A stretch of DNA of 64,000 bases from Mobula hypostoma (taxonomy: Eukaryota): positions 25,296,001 through 25,360,000 of the forward strand of contig NC_086108.1 of assembly GCF_963921235.1 (NCBI RefSeq), in the 5' to 3' direction. Under the pieces are notes generated by a model. It saw only the letters and a list, made by a program, of their open reading frames with translations. It was not told the origin of the DNA and made no database searches. Position 1 is the first letter of the stretch; every line of letters begins with the position of its first letter. The translations under genes and the position numbers were made by a program. Below are positions 38,904-49,928 of this stretch, piece after piece.

Positions 38904-39351
38904 GATTAAATGTCAGGAGTTGTGAAAAACTGCGTTTAAATGTATTTGGTTAAGGTGTATGTAAACTTCTGACTTCAACTGTAAATTGTGATGTTCTGGG
39001 TGGGGGTGGGGCGGGGGGAGGCCAGGGCTTAGAGAACACTCCACCATTTCTAATGACCAGCACTGGTTTTTGTTCTTGTGTTAAAATGCTTCAGTGGGAT
39101 TATGGTGGGAAGTTCCAGTTCATTTACTGTTACATTTTAGCTTGGATTATACAGTTATTTGCTTGTGTATTTGTGGGTCACCCCAACTGTAACCGGGATG
39201 TGCGATGGTCTCTTCCCCTGTCTGTATGAGACTGGTGGGGTTCACTCTCTGGGTCACGGTGCCCAGTCTGTTTTGTGTTTATCACAATAAAATGGCTGTT
39301 GAGTTCAACGAGCTTCCTTGTCTGTCATTATGGACCAAATGCTCGTCACAC

Positions 39352-39369
39352 TGGTGTCAGGAGTGGGAT
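39352..39369 (+). promoter_or_regulatory. Primer-binding site complementary to the tRNA-Leu(CAG) 3' end
   Basis: TGGTGTCAGGAGTGGGAT directly after the 5' LTR; the tRNA match is from recall. Confidence 0.75.
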
Positions 39370-41028
39370 GCGAGATTGATGATGAGATTGAAGAGCTACG
39401 ACGTCGTATAGAGTGCCTTAAGACCCGGGGAACGAGAAAAGGGACTGAGCAGTGTGGCTCCCCAGCACCCACGGGCAGGGCTCATGAAGATGAGACCTGG
39501 AGGGAGGTCCTGGGAGTCGAGCATTATGCCTTTCCAGGGACCCCCGATGGAGTGAGCTCCTCAACTCCAGCAGAAAACATCACTCACCTCTGTAGCGACC
39601 CGCACTGGGGAACCCAAGATGCAGTAACTATGGGAGGATGGGCACCCTTGGCAGGTGCTGCTGGAGAAAGAGGAAGATCAAAGGGTCTCGATGATTTGCG
39701 CCTCAAGGACTACCCTGAAGCTACACTACCAGTGCCTGGAGCCTTATCTGGCACAAGTCAAATTTGCCGCATGGCACAATGGGTGTTTCCCCACTGAGAC
39801 AGCGGTGCACCTTGCCCTGGCACTGGAGGGAAATGCCCTAACCTTGACCTAACGCCGGAGGAGCGGCGTGACTACAGGACCCTCGCAGTGACGCTGAGGC
39901 GACGTTTCGAGGAGAGACTCTTGGCGGAAGCAATGAGGGAAGAACTCTGCAGCAGACGGCGCCGTATGGGAGGAAGTCTGGGGACACTGGTTGCTAATCT
40001 TCGCTACTGTACTTGGCAAGGCTACCCGGACTTCCCTCCCGCGGCCCAGGAAGAGCTTGCCCTCCACACCTTTGTAAAGGCGCAGATGGCGGAGCGCATT
40101 CGGCAGCATGTTCGCCTGACATCACCATCATTGCTGGACGAGGCGCTGGCCAAGGTGGAGAGGCCCGAAGCAATTTTAGCCCCAAACGGTGTTCCAGCAT
40201 CGGCCCGCACGCCGCGAACCCGGGCTAATGTCACTGAGGCGGAGGAGGAAACTGACGAGGAGCAGAACGTGAGACAGGTCCGGCCAGCACTACGCCGACG
40301 CTGCCTGTGGCCACGAAACGATCTCTGCTACCGGTGCAGTGAGACAGGTCATTTAGCTCGGGACTGCCCCGCACCGGAACCACGCCACAGCTCAGAGCAA
40401 CCATCGGGAAACGTCAAGGGAGCAGAGCCTCCCGAGTCTCTAGCAGAAACCCTCTGTTGTCGCCCCCCAAGGCTTATACGTGGACTGTGTGGTGGAGGGC
40501 ATCAGAAGCCGTGCGTTGGTGGACATGGGGTCAACATCACTATCATCCGTCCCGGTGTTTCTCCCAACACGGACCAGCCATCCCTGCCTGGGTGGACAAC
40601 GACGGCGGTCCAATTGGCTACGGTCACCGGTGACTGTGCGGCGATGCGAGGCTGCGCATCGCAGTTGGGGGAAAACACGGTGGAGTACGAGGTGTGGCTC
40701 GCCGACATCCGAGAGCCCTGCTGTCCCGCTGGGGGGGGGAGGGGTGGGGGAGGGTGCGTGTGGAGGTGTCCCGGGCAACACTCTACCTCGGAGCTGAAGC
40801 CGTGGCTCTCCGGCAGGGCAGCTCCAGGAAGCGGTCCCAGTGGGCGCAGCAACCACCAGTCGTTTCACGACGGCCCCCGGCAGTGCAGCACACCCGGATG
40901 CGGCCCAACGCAACACCGCTGAACCATGGGCAAGCGACGGTGACAGCCAGCGACCACCTCCCCACTGCGGACCACGTGCAGCTGCGCAGCGAACAGGTGA
41001 GCGATCCTGTGCTGGCCCGGACGTGGGA

Positions 41029-44000
41029 ATGGCTGAGTGGGCAGAGGACCCAGCATCAGCAAAAAAGTTAAAGGAGCTAGTCGGCTCCTTTGACTTGGTG
41101 GACAGCTGGCGGAATTTTCACCCCAACTCTAGCGCCTTCTCAAGAAGGTCTAGAGAGGGAGTTTCCAGGATAGACCGCATTTACATCTCTCGGGCCTACG
41201 CCTCCCGCGTGTCGGCGTCCTCCATGCGGCCAGTGTCGTGCTCGGATCATCACCTTGTGTGGATGGAATTTATTCCACTACACCCTCGGGTGGGATCCGG
41301 GTATTGGCATTTTAACAACCGGCTGCTGGAGGACAGCCGTTTCCGGGATTCGTTCCGAGCGTTCTGGGTCTCCTGGAAGGAGAGGCGGAGAGAGTTCTGC
41401 TCCCTACGGCTATGGTGGGATGTGGGCAAAGCCCACATCCGGTTTTTATGTCGGGAGTACACTAGGGGGTCGACCAAAGGGCGGGGCTCTGAGATTGAGC
41501 GGCTTGAGAGAGCGTTGCTTGACCTGGAGTCCCGCCTCAGTCCGACCACTGGAGACCAGCAGCTGTGGCAGGAATACCAGGAGAAGAAGGACGCACTAAG
41601 GGACTTGCAGCTTCAGCAGTCCCGAGGTGCGTACATGAGGTCACGGATCCAAATGCTGCAGGATTTGGACCGTGGCTCACCCTTCTTCTACTTGTTGGAG
41701 AGGTGGCGGGGAGTTCAAAAGCAGCTAGTGGAATTGCTGGCTGCCGATGGCTCCTCCATCACGGACCCTGATGGAATTAACAACGAGGTCCGTTCATTCT
41801 ATCGGTCCTTATTTTCGCCTGATCCGTCAAATGCGGAGGCGTGCAATGAGGTCTGGAAGGATTTGCCTAAGGTCAGTCCAGAGGATGCAGTGCGTCTGGA
41901 TGCCCCCCTGACTCGGGAGGAGCTGTCCACTGCCCTTCGGCAACTCCGGAGGGGCAAGTCCCCTGGTTTAGATGGACTGAGTGTTGAGTTTTATCAGGCT
42001 TTTTGGGATGTCCTGGGGGATGATTACAGCCTTGTCCTAGGGGAGAGCCTAGCCACCGGAGAAATGCCCCTCTCATGGCGAAGAGCTGTTGTGGTCCTAC
42101 TGCCCAAGAAGGGAGACCTCCGCCTGCTAAAGAACTGGCGGCCGGTCTCCCTCTTGTGCGCGGACTACAAGATCTTCGCCCGGGCAATGGCCAACCGTCT
42201 GGGTTCGGTAATTGGACAGGTGGTCCATCCTGACCAATCTTACACGGTCCCGGGCCGCTCCATCCAGGACAATGTCCACCTAGTACGGGACCTGATCCAC
42301 CTGCTCCAGGAGACTGGGACCCCGGCAGCGTTTCTTTCTCTTGACCAGGAGAAGGCGTTTGACCGGGTGGACCACAGTTTCCTGCTGGGCACCCTGCAGG
42401 CTTTTGGGCTCGGACCACACTTTGTGGCCCGAGTTCGGCTCCTGTACTCTGCCGCAGAGTGCCTAGTTAAGATCAACGGATCACTGAAAGGACCTATCCA
42501 CTTCCGAAGAGGAGTGCGTCAAGGGTGCCCCATGTCCGGTCAACTGTATGCGATCTGTGTCGAGCCATTCCTCGGCCTTCTTCGGCGAAGGCTGACAGGT
42601 CTGGTTCTGCGCGAACCGGACATGAGGGTCGTCCTCTCGGCCTACGCCGATGACGTACTCCTCATGATGACAGACCCCTGTGACCTGCGGAGGATGCGCG
42701 AGTGCCAAGATGTTTTCTCGGCGGCATCCTCCGCCAGGATCAACTGGGCGAAATGTTCCGGACTCTTAGTAGGCCAGTGGCAGGTGGACTCCCTGCCGGA
42801 GGAGATGAGAGCTTTTGAGTGGAGCACCAGACGTCTTCTCTATCTGGGAGTCTACCTGAGTCCTTCTGGGGAGACCTGGCTGGCGAACTGGCAGGACCTG
42901 GAGACAAAGGTCATGGCCCGGCTAGGGCGCTGGTCAGGCCTTCTCAGGGTGCTTTCCTATCGAGGCAGGGTGGTGGTCATAAACCAGCTGGTGGCCTCCA
43001 TGTTGTGGTACCGGATGGTCACCTTGGCCCCCCCTGCCCCTTTTGTTGCGAGAATGCAGAGGAAGCTGGTGGACTTCTTCTGGGGAAACAGGAAACACTG
43101 GGTCTCTGCAGCGGTTCTGAGTCTCCCAGTAGGAGAGGGCGGACAGTCGCTGGTGTGTGTACGCACACGACTGGCGGCTCTCCGCCTCAGGACTCTGCAG
43201 AGATTCCTGTACGCCGAGCGCCCTCCCAGGTGGCACGTGTTGGCGACTTTCTTCCTCCTGAGGGGCTGCTGCCTTCACGAAGATATGCAGCTACCACCGG
43301 CAGGCGTCAGCCGTGCTGCTTTGCAGAGGCTGCCCGGCTTCTATCAGGACCTACTGAGAGTCTGGAACATGGTTGCCTCAGGCCGGGAATCCCCTCCTCT
43401 GGCAGAGGGCGGGGTCCTGGCCGACCCTTGCCCTGCCTCAGCGGATGTCGGTGCGGCTCAGGTGTGTGGATCGACTCAAGCTGAGCTGCTCGTCGGGCCC
43501 AGGCCCCGCAGCCTTACCCGAGAGACGAATCCACACAACTTGAGCCGTCTTTCATCGACACCCACAATCCCATTCAGGGATGCAGGCAGGAGGTACCTTT
43601 ATGGGCTGCTGCTCCACACCCTCCACTTCCTAGCCTTTGTCCACCGTCCCGACACGCCATGGTGGTCGGTCTTTCCACCTGGAGGTGAGGGGGGCCCCCA
43701 ATGGAAGTCCCTTTACAAGGGAGTCCTCCCCATGCACCTTGGGGATCTCGGCTGGAGGGTGCTGCATAAAGCGGTGCCCTGCAATAAGTTCTTTAGTCTG
43801 TACACGGATCTCCCAGCCGCGTGTCACTTCTGCGGGCTGGAGGAGACCGTGTACCACATGTACACGGAGTGTGTGAGGCTGCAGCCCCTTTTCGCGTTTT
43901 TGCGTGGGCTGCTTCTCGCCTTCTGGTTGCATTTCAGTCCCACCCTATTTATATATGGTCATCCAGTAAGGAGGGGGGCACAGAGGGATGAGGATGTCCT

Positions 44001-44235
44001 TGTCAACTTGCTCCTGGGGCTGGCGAAAATTGCCATCCGTGGCTCCTGGAAAAGGGTGGCAGGAGGTTCTCCCCGGGCGGACTGCCTGGCTATGTTTAGG
44101 GGGTATGTTCGTGCCCGGGTGAACATTGAAAAGGAATACGCACAGTCCACGGCGACCGTAGAGGTGTTCCGGGACCGTTGGGCTCCGCGGGGTGTAAATG
44201 CCATCATTGATGAGGATGGCAATATATTGGTTTAA
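41029..44235 (+). CDS. Uninterrupted chimeric ORF: 6 Gypsy-derived codons fused to Tx1/L1-clade ORF2 (partial APE, RT, CCHC)
   Basis: First in-frame ATG at 41029 (GGAATGG), 1068 codons. Motifs RIDRIY, SDH, KSPGLDG, NWRPVSLL, LDQEKAFD, GVRQGCP, AYADD, CHFC..ET..H...C. Confidence 0.85.
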   Translation: MAEWAEDPASAKKLKELVGSFDLVDSWRNFHPNSSAFSRRSREGVSRIDRIYISRAYASRVSASSMRPVSCSDHHLVWMEFIPLHPRVGSGYWHFNNRLLEDSRFRDSFRAFWVSWKERRREFCSLRLWWDVGKAHIRFLCREYTRGSTKGRGSEIERLERALLDLESRLSPTTGDQQLWQEYQEKKDALRDLQLQQSRGAYMRSRIQMLQDLDRGSPFFYLLERWRGVQKQLVELLAADGSSITDPDGINNEVRSFYRSLFSPDPSNAEACNEVWKDLPKVSPEDAVRLDAPLTREELSTALRQLRRGKSPGLDGLSVEFYQAFWDVLGDDYSLVLGESLATGEMPLSWRRAVVVLLPKKGDLRLLKNWRPVSLLCADYKIFARAMANRLGSVIGQVVHPDQSYTVPGRSIQDNVHLVRDLIHLLQETGTPAAFLSLDQEKAFDRVDHSFLLGTLQAFGLGPHFVARVRLLYSAAECLVKINGSLKGPIHFRRGVRQGCPMSGQLYAICVEPFLGLLRRRLTGLVLREPDMRVVLSAYADDVLLMMTDPCDLRRMRECQDVFSAASSARINWAKCSGLLVGQWQVDSLPEEMRAFEWSTRRLLYLGVYLSPSGETWLANWQDLETKVMARLGRWSGLLRVLSYRGRVVVINQLVASMLWYRMVTLAPPAPFVARMQRKLVDFFWGNRKHWVSAAVLSLPVGEGGQSLVCVRTRLAALRLRTLQRFLYAERPPRWHVLATFFLLRGCCLHEDMQLPPAGVSRAALQRLPGFYQDLLRVWNMVASGRESPPLAEGGVLADPCPASADVGAAQVCGSTQAELLVGPRPRSLTRETNPHNLSRLSSTPTIPFRDAGRRYLYGLLLHTLHFLAFVHRPDTPWWSVFPPGGEGGPQWKSLYKGVLPMHLGDLGWRVLHKAVPCNKFFSLYTDLPAACHFCGLEETVYHMYTECVRLQPLFAFLRGLLLAFWLHFSPTLFIYGHPVRRGAQRDEDVLVNLLLGLAKIAIRGSWKRVAGGSPRADCLAMFRGYVRARVNIEKEYAQSTATVEVFRDRWAPRGVNAIIDEDGNILV

Positions 44236-44338
44236 GATGTATTGTCTGTTTGTAGTGTAGTAAATATGTTAGTCACTGGGTTTGTAAATATTGTATAGCA
44301 CCGACATTTGTAATAAAGAATTTTGTAAAAAAAAAAAA
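41048..44338 (+). mobile_element. 5'-truncated Tx1 (L1-clade) LINE
   Basis: AATAAA at 44312, A12 tail 44327-44338, TSD AGAGG at 41043-41047 and 44338-44342. Removing it restores Gypsy AEWAE|VSALDP. GC- and CpG-rich. Confidence 0.92.
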
Positions 44339-45774
44339 GAGGTCTCCGCCCTGGACCCAGAGACCAAAGCCCTGTACTTGCAGTGGGGAATGCTGGTTGT
44401 CTACGACGGGTTGCTGTTCCGGCTATTGCACTTGTCCGACAGTGACAGACTTCTCTTGCAGCTGGTGGCCTCCCGGGGGCTCCACGCCACGGTGATGTCG
44501 TTGGTGCACGGGCTGGTGGGGGCCGGCCATCTCGGAGTTGCAAAGATGTTGGGCAGGCTGCGCGAATGCTTCTATTGGCCTGGGTGGAGGCAGGACGTGG
44601 AGCTGTTCAGTCCACTGCTGCGACCCTTACACGTCCCGGAAGGGGTGCAGCGGTTCATGGTGGGGGTCGCAGTATGGCTCTACTGCCCCTCCTTGAAGGA
44701 GGGACTATCCCCCAGGCTGGGAAGCCACTGAAAGGGGCCTGAAGAAATGTTCGACCGATGTGGTATATCAGGTACGGTTGCCTGAGCAGTGGAAGGCAGT
44801 CATGCTGCACTGGGACTGGCTGGCACCGTGTCAGTCCTTGACCGTCACTAACCCAGCGAGGCTGAAGGAAGGAAGTGACACTTTGGGTGCCCTTCCTCTT
44901 AACGCACACAAACAGGCGGGAGTGTTGAAGCCCACTGGAATTTTTGGACTTTGCTATGGACTCTGAGGATGTCGGGTACGGCTGACACCTCAGGTGGGGG
45001 TAGTGTGACGCTCTGGGGGGGGGTGGCTGACAGCCTACCCCTGCATTTCTAATGACCAGTACCCTTTACTGTTCTTGTGTTAAAATGCTTTTGTGGGATT
45101 ATGGAGAGAAAGTCATTTATTGTTACATTTTAGATTGGGTTATACAGTTATTTGCTTGTGTATTTGTGGGTCACCCCAACTGTAACCAGGTGTGTGGGAC
45201 TGGTGGGGTTCACTCTCTGGGTCATGGTGCGTGGTCTGTTTTGCATTTATCACAATAAAATGGTTGTTGAGTTCAACGAGCTTCCTAGTCTGTCATTGTG
45301 GACTAAATGCTCACCACAATATACTTTGATAATAAAAATTTACTTTGAACTTTGAACCTTGAACAAAGTTAGAAATCTTCCAGGCGAGGAGGATTACGCC
45401 AATAGCTGGCGAGGGCTGAAGACTGATGAAATACCTGCTCCTTGCCCCTTTTGCTTAAAAATGTGAAATACATTTTATCCAAGATTAAAAAATCCTTGAT
45501 GTGTGTGTGGGAACGAGGACAGTACAGACCTGATATGCTCAAATTCTATGTGCAACTAAGTCTGCTCTTCTCCTCCTTAAATATCTCCAATACTGACTTT
45601 TATATCAACTTTTGCTAAATTACATCTCAACTAAGTGAAGTTGGTATTTACCAAATGGAGAAATTATATGCTTTAGGCAACCTTTTCCATAACTAAATGC
45701 AGTCGAATTGAATTATAATCACCATTACCACTGTCCTCTGACATATCTTGCACTACCAGGTATTGATATTTATT

Positions 45775-45965
45775 AATTTATTTATTGAGCTACAATGCAG
45801 AATAGGCTCTTTGAGTATTTTGCCCAGTAACCTCTGATTTAACCCTTGCCACATCACAGGGCAATTTACAATGACCAATTAACATACCAACTGGTATGTT
45901 CTTGGATTGTGGGAGGAAACTCACGTGGTTATGGGTGGAATGTACAAACTCCTTACATACAGCAA
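45775..45965 (-). mobile_element. HE1-like SINE fragment
   Basis: tttatttattgag tail; caatttacaatgaccaattaac; tacaaactccttaca. Confidence 0.65.
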
Positions 45966-48059
45966 AGGGATAGATGAAATTCCAACTGGCTGTGAAGATC
46001 TTTTGAATGTAAAAGCATTGGATAAATACAGATCACATTTTTAATGTTGTTCCTAAGTCTAAGACTGCCCAAGCACAATTTGCTTAATTCTATTGCTGCA
46101 CGCTGACTGAAAAATCTTCAGTCTAATTGCTGAAATGTGTACTCTTGATACATTTCCCATTGATGCTATCTAAATTAATATTGGAGTAGCTGAAACCTTC
46201 TGTCATTGTCAATATTTCCATTCAATACTCACTATGTTTTTGGGTTTCTCAGAAATTTCCCAAAAATATGCTCTCTGTCTCCCCTTGGCTCTATAGGGAC
46301 CTGTCATTCATGGATGTCCTTTCTGTACTTCATCTCAACCCATATGGTCCCGTTAATTGATATTCCTCATTGTGACTGCAATTATTTCTTCAATCAGTAA
46401 ACAGTTTGCATACCAATTCTGGAAGTCCATCACTCAAACTCTATAACCACATTCAGAAAAAACACTATCCTCTTTCAACTTCACAACTGTAGTTTAATTC
46501 CTTCTTGATAACACTTGAAAGCCCTGTATCCAGAATTGCAGGCCTGGCTCTCCTGCTTATTTCTAAGGATATTCTAGTGCCATATCTTATCATTACAAGT
46601 CTATCTGGGCTCCTTGTTCATTGCCTTATTCACTAGACACCTTTAAATCTGCTTAATTGCTTCCTTTCTACGTTATACACAGATGGCATTCAAGTTGGCT
46701 GTGAAAATCTCTGAGTGTAAAAATATTAGATAAGTACCTATCATGTTTTTTATGTCCATTTTCCCACATATTCTTTCCTCTGCCTTCCAGACTCATGTTA
46801 ATCCTCTGCTTCCATTTTCAGCTTTGTTCTATACCTTCATACTCCATGCTTGTGTTTCCCCACCCCCACCTCATGAGTTTAAATCTTCTCAACAGCACCA
46901 GCAAGCATCCTGCAGGCATATTAGCCCCAGCCCTCTCGGGGGTTTACAATCTCATCAGCTGCTTTTTGCCTCTGCTCTCTTTCATTTTATTCAGCTGCAA
47001 TCTCTTTTTGCTGACAAGGACACAGATATACATTCATTCAGACCCTGGCACACACTCATAGCAGGGATAGAAGCTTCACCCCTAGTTTATCCTCTTTTTA
47101 GGGAGAGCCTTAAAATTGAGGATGATTCATTTTGTGTGGTTCTGAGATGGCTACTGAAGCTATAATTTCTTCCATAAATGGGATAGGAGGAGCTGATGGT
47201 GCAGGCTGGTGAGGAGTTTGTGGTGGTCTAGTGCTTTCGCTATTTACACAGGGTCTCTGGGTGCTCCCAATAAATGGACCAAATGTTCTCAATACTCTCC
47301 CTAATGTTCCTTCTCCTCTCTGATTGGCCATGGGCCAAAGATGTGTGGGGAGTTTGCACTACTTCAAGGCATTTCTTCAAATCTTTTCCTTTTTCCACCT
47401 GATAATGTCTCCCCATGACGGAGCTCACACTTGGTTCTCTATCAAGAACTAGGAATTGTTTGATGAGGAAGAGGAGATAATTGACCACAAATATGGGGTG
47501 ATCCTGGACTGGAACCTCTGGCATTCCTCAAATGAAAAGAAAAAGCACCATGGGCACCTGAAAGCCAAAGGCCCAGTAGGTGACTCAGGACCTCCAGAAC
47601 AACTGGTGGGCTGGGGAATAAGAGGGGTGATGATTCAGTACATCACTAACAGCATGGCATGCACAGGATTTTCAGCACTATCCTGGCCATCAGCAGCCCA
47701 AATACCTAATGCCCCACCTCAGCAAGATCCAAGACTGGAGGTGAACTCATCAGGAGCAGAGAGACAAGAAGGAGCACTGTGAAAACCTCTTAAACATTTA
47801 CTGTGTCCTCGGTGTGAAAGCTCTTAACTGCATCACTATTCAAGCCAGGCTTGCAACCACTCCTGATCAACAGGAAGCCAAGAAGGCAAAATCCCAACTA
47901 AAGTAATAAGATTTTGAGAACAGATAGTTTCCATGCAGAAATCTTGAAACTTAGAGTGAATATCTCCCGTTGTGAATTCGTCATCTCTTTGTACACATTG
48001 GCTAAGAGCAGTGTATTTCAGGGGACCCCAGAGATGTCATGACATTGAACATCTTCAAG

Positions 48060-48500
48060 AAAGAAGACGTCTGGCTGTAGTAGTGACTACAAAGGAATAT
48101 TTTATCTGTCAGCCACAGGAAAAGTCACTGCCATGGTCCCTCTCAGTTATCTTGTATTACTGCTTCCCGAATTGCAGAGTGGATATTGGCCACCTAGATG
48201 TACAAGGGACATGAGCTTCAATTGTGTGACAACTCCAAGAGGATAACTTATATAGATGCTGGAGCTACTATATAAGGATTATATCATAGCACTAGCCATC
48301 ATACAAGCCTCACTAAAGCCTTCGCCTCCACCACTCAAGAGAGGCAATGCAGTCTCTGCAGTTTCACATTTTTGCTGTGATATGCAAGCCAAGACACAAA
48401 CTAATGGGCCAACAAAAGAACCAATCCCAGTGAACAGCAGTCTGAAACAAGATTAGTTTCAATCAACACTGCAACGTGCCACCGATCTGTCCTACAAACT
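48060..48500 (+). mobile_element. Ancient RTE-clade LINE RT remnant
   Basis: Across frameshifts: LSATGK, LLPELQSGY..RCTRDMSF..RQLQE, LTKAF, DMQA...NG...P.PV...KQ. Confidence 0.6.
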
Positions 48501-49736
48501 ACCAGGATTGCCAAGATGCTCACCCAGGAGAGCTGCACAAGTTTTCTAGAGCACAGATTGGCTTTCTGCCTTGAGGATGAAATCATCCACATTCCCATCT
48601 CTAGTTCCCTGACAGTTGCATGACAGCACACAACTGTTGTTCATGATAAGCCTATTTCCAGCTTACGATCCTCCATTTCACCCGCTATATCTCTGTGGAA
48701 CTTCAGTCCGTTACTAGTCTTCAAATACACTTTGAAACAGGATTAAAAATTTCTTAAGCATTTTTTTCAAACACATAAGTACATAACTATTACAGGGTGC
48801 TGACTTTTCAGGTACAAATTTGCAATGATGCACACAAATAACAAACTAAACATTGAGGACAATAGACCCATTTCCCTAAACCTACAAAAGACTAGTTATG
48901 TACTGTATCATTGCTGTTAAGTGAAAATTGCTCTTCTAAAGGTTCTTCCAAAGAGAATCTAATTGCCTCAACTATGTATTTTTCAAAGTAGTCAGTTTTT
49001 CTTCTCAAAATGATATTTTTTTATTTATTTCACACTTATAACATTTTAACTTTGCAGTTGTATGATGTTCTGCATTGCTGTTATCAGACAAAAATATGAG
49101 AGTGTCTCGGAATCTTGGAAGACTGTACACCTTTGGTCATCTATATTCAATACTACTCACAGCAAGTTACCATAGAATACAAGAGAGTCTACAGAAGAAA
49201 AGTACAGAATATATGGTATTCTACACTGCTCTTAACCTGTTACATTATTGGCTATCTTCACTGAGAATCACTCCGTGGGAATAACACATATAATAGCTTA
49301 TCAAGTCTCTAATGTTAACTGAGATGAATGTTGATAAGAGTCAGCATTGATCATGCACTAAGAAAGGCTCCACAAGGGATAAAAACCCAGGATAAAAATG
49401 CATTGCCCACATTAGTTTTGAAATAAAACAAATTTTCCCTTCTAAAATACAATGAGGAATATATGTGCTTCTGCTCACTGCTGCTTGAAACGTCAATGAT
49501 TTCTTCCACTTTTGAAAAGTGCCAAAAAATTCAGAAACACTTTGTAAACTTCTCCAGCTTTAGAACAAAGGACTCCTTGCTACCTTCACACAAGACATCA
49601 CATCATTGCATTACATAACTCTGACAAGGTTATCCTCACTCCAGCTGTTTGGTTTACAGCTGTCAAAAGAGCAAGAAAGAGAATCTAAAAAAAGCCTCAA
49701 ACAGAAAATTTATCGAAATAGAACCAAGGGAGGATT

Positions 49737-49928
49737 ACAAACAGAAGAAAATCTGCTGATGCTGCAGATCCAAAGCTACATACACAAAATGCTGGAGGAA
49801 CTCAGCGAGCCAGGCAGCATCTGTGGAAAAGAGTCAACGTTTCGGGCTGAGACCCTTGTCAACTGCTTGCTCTTTTCCATAGATGCTGCATGGCCTGCTG
49901 AGTTCCTCCAGCATTTTGTATGTGTTGC
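49737..49928. mobile_element. Mini Penelope-like foldback
   Basis: cacaaaatgctggaggaactcagc...gcagcatct and its reverse complement agatgctgc...gctgagttcctccagcattttg. Confidence 0.78.

Larger units (their letters stand above)
35910..38981 (-). mobile_element. SB-like Tc1 derivative with two right ends (~385-bp inverted arms), lacking the left IR and transposase N-terminus
   Basis: TA|CAGTTGAAG...CTTCAACTG|TA, both ends right-type. The minus-strand transposase (VRKVQ..WSDETK..KQHLKTS) runs to 37563, then the strand switches to RVRA.RPTNL...FKGNATKY*. Confidence 0.9.
38987..45318 (+). mobile_element. Gypsy-type LTR retrotransposon, internally deleted (no RT/RNase H, no integrase core)
   Basis: LTRs 38987-39350 and 45004-45318 (TGTGA..CACA), TSD AAAT/ATAT, PPT AGGTGGGGGTAG. 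Gag knuckle CYRCSETGHLARDC, protease ALVDMGS, integrase H..GHLG..FYWP and a WKGP/VYQV/LH tail only. Confidence 0.9.

Noticed and set aside
40840..41028. 1131-aa ORF start given in the ORF track
   Set aside because: It starts at GTG in off-frame Gypsy sequence; the first in-frame ATG is 41029.
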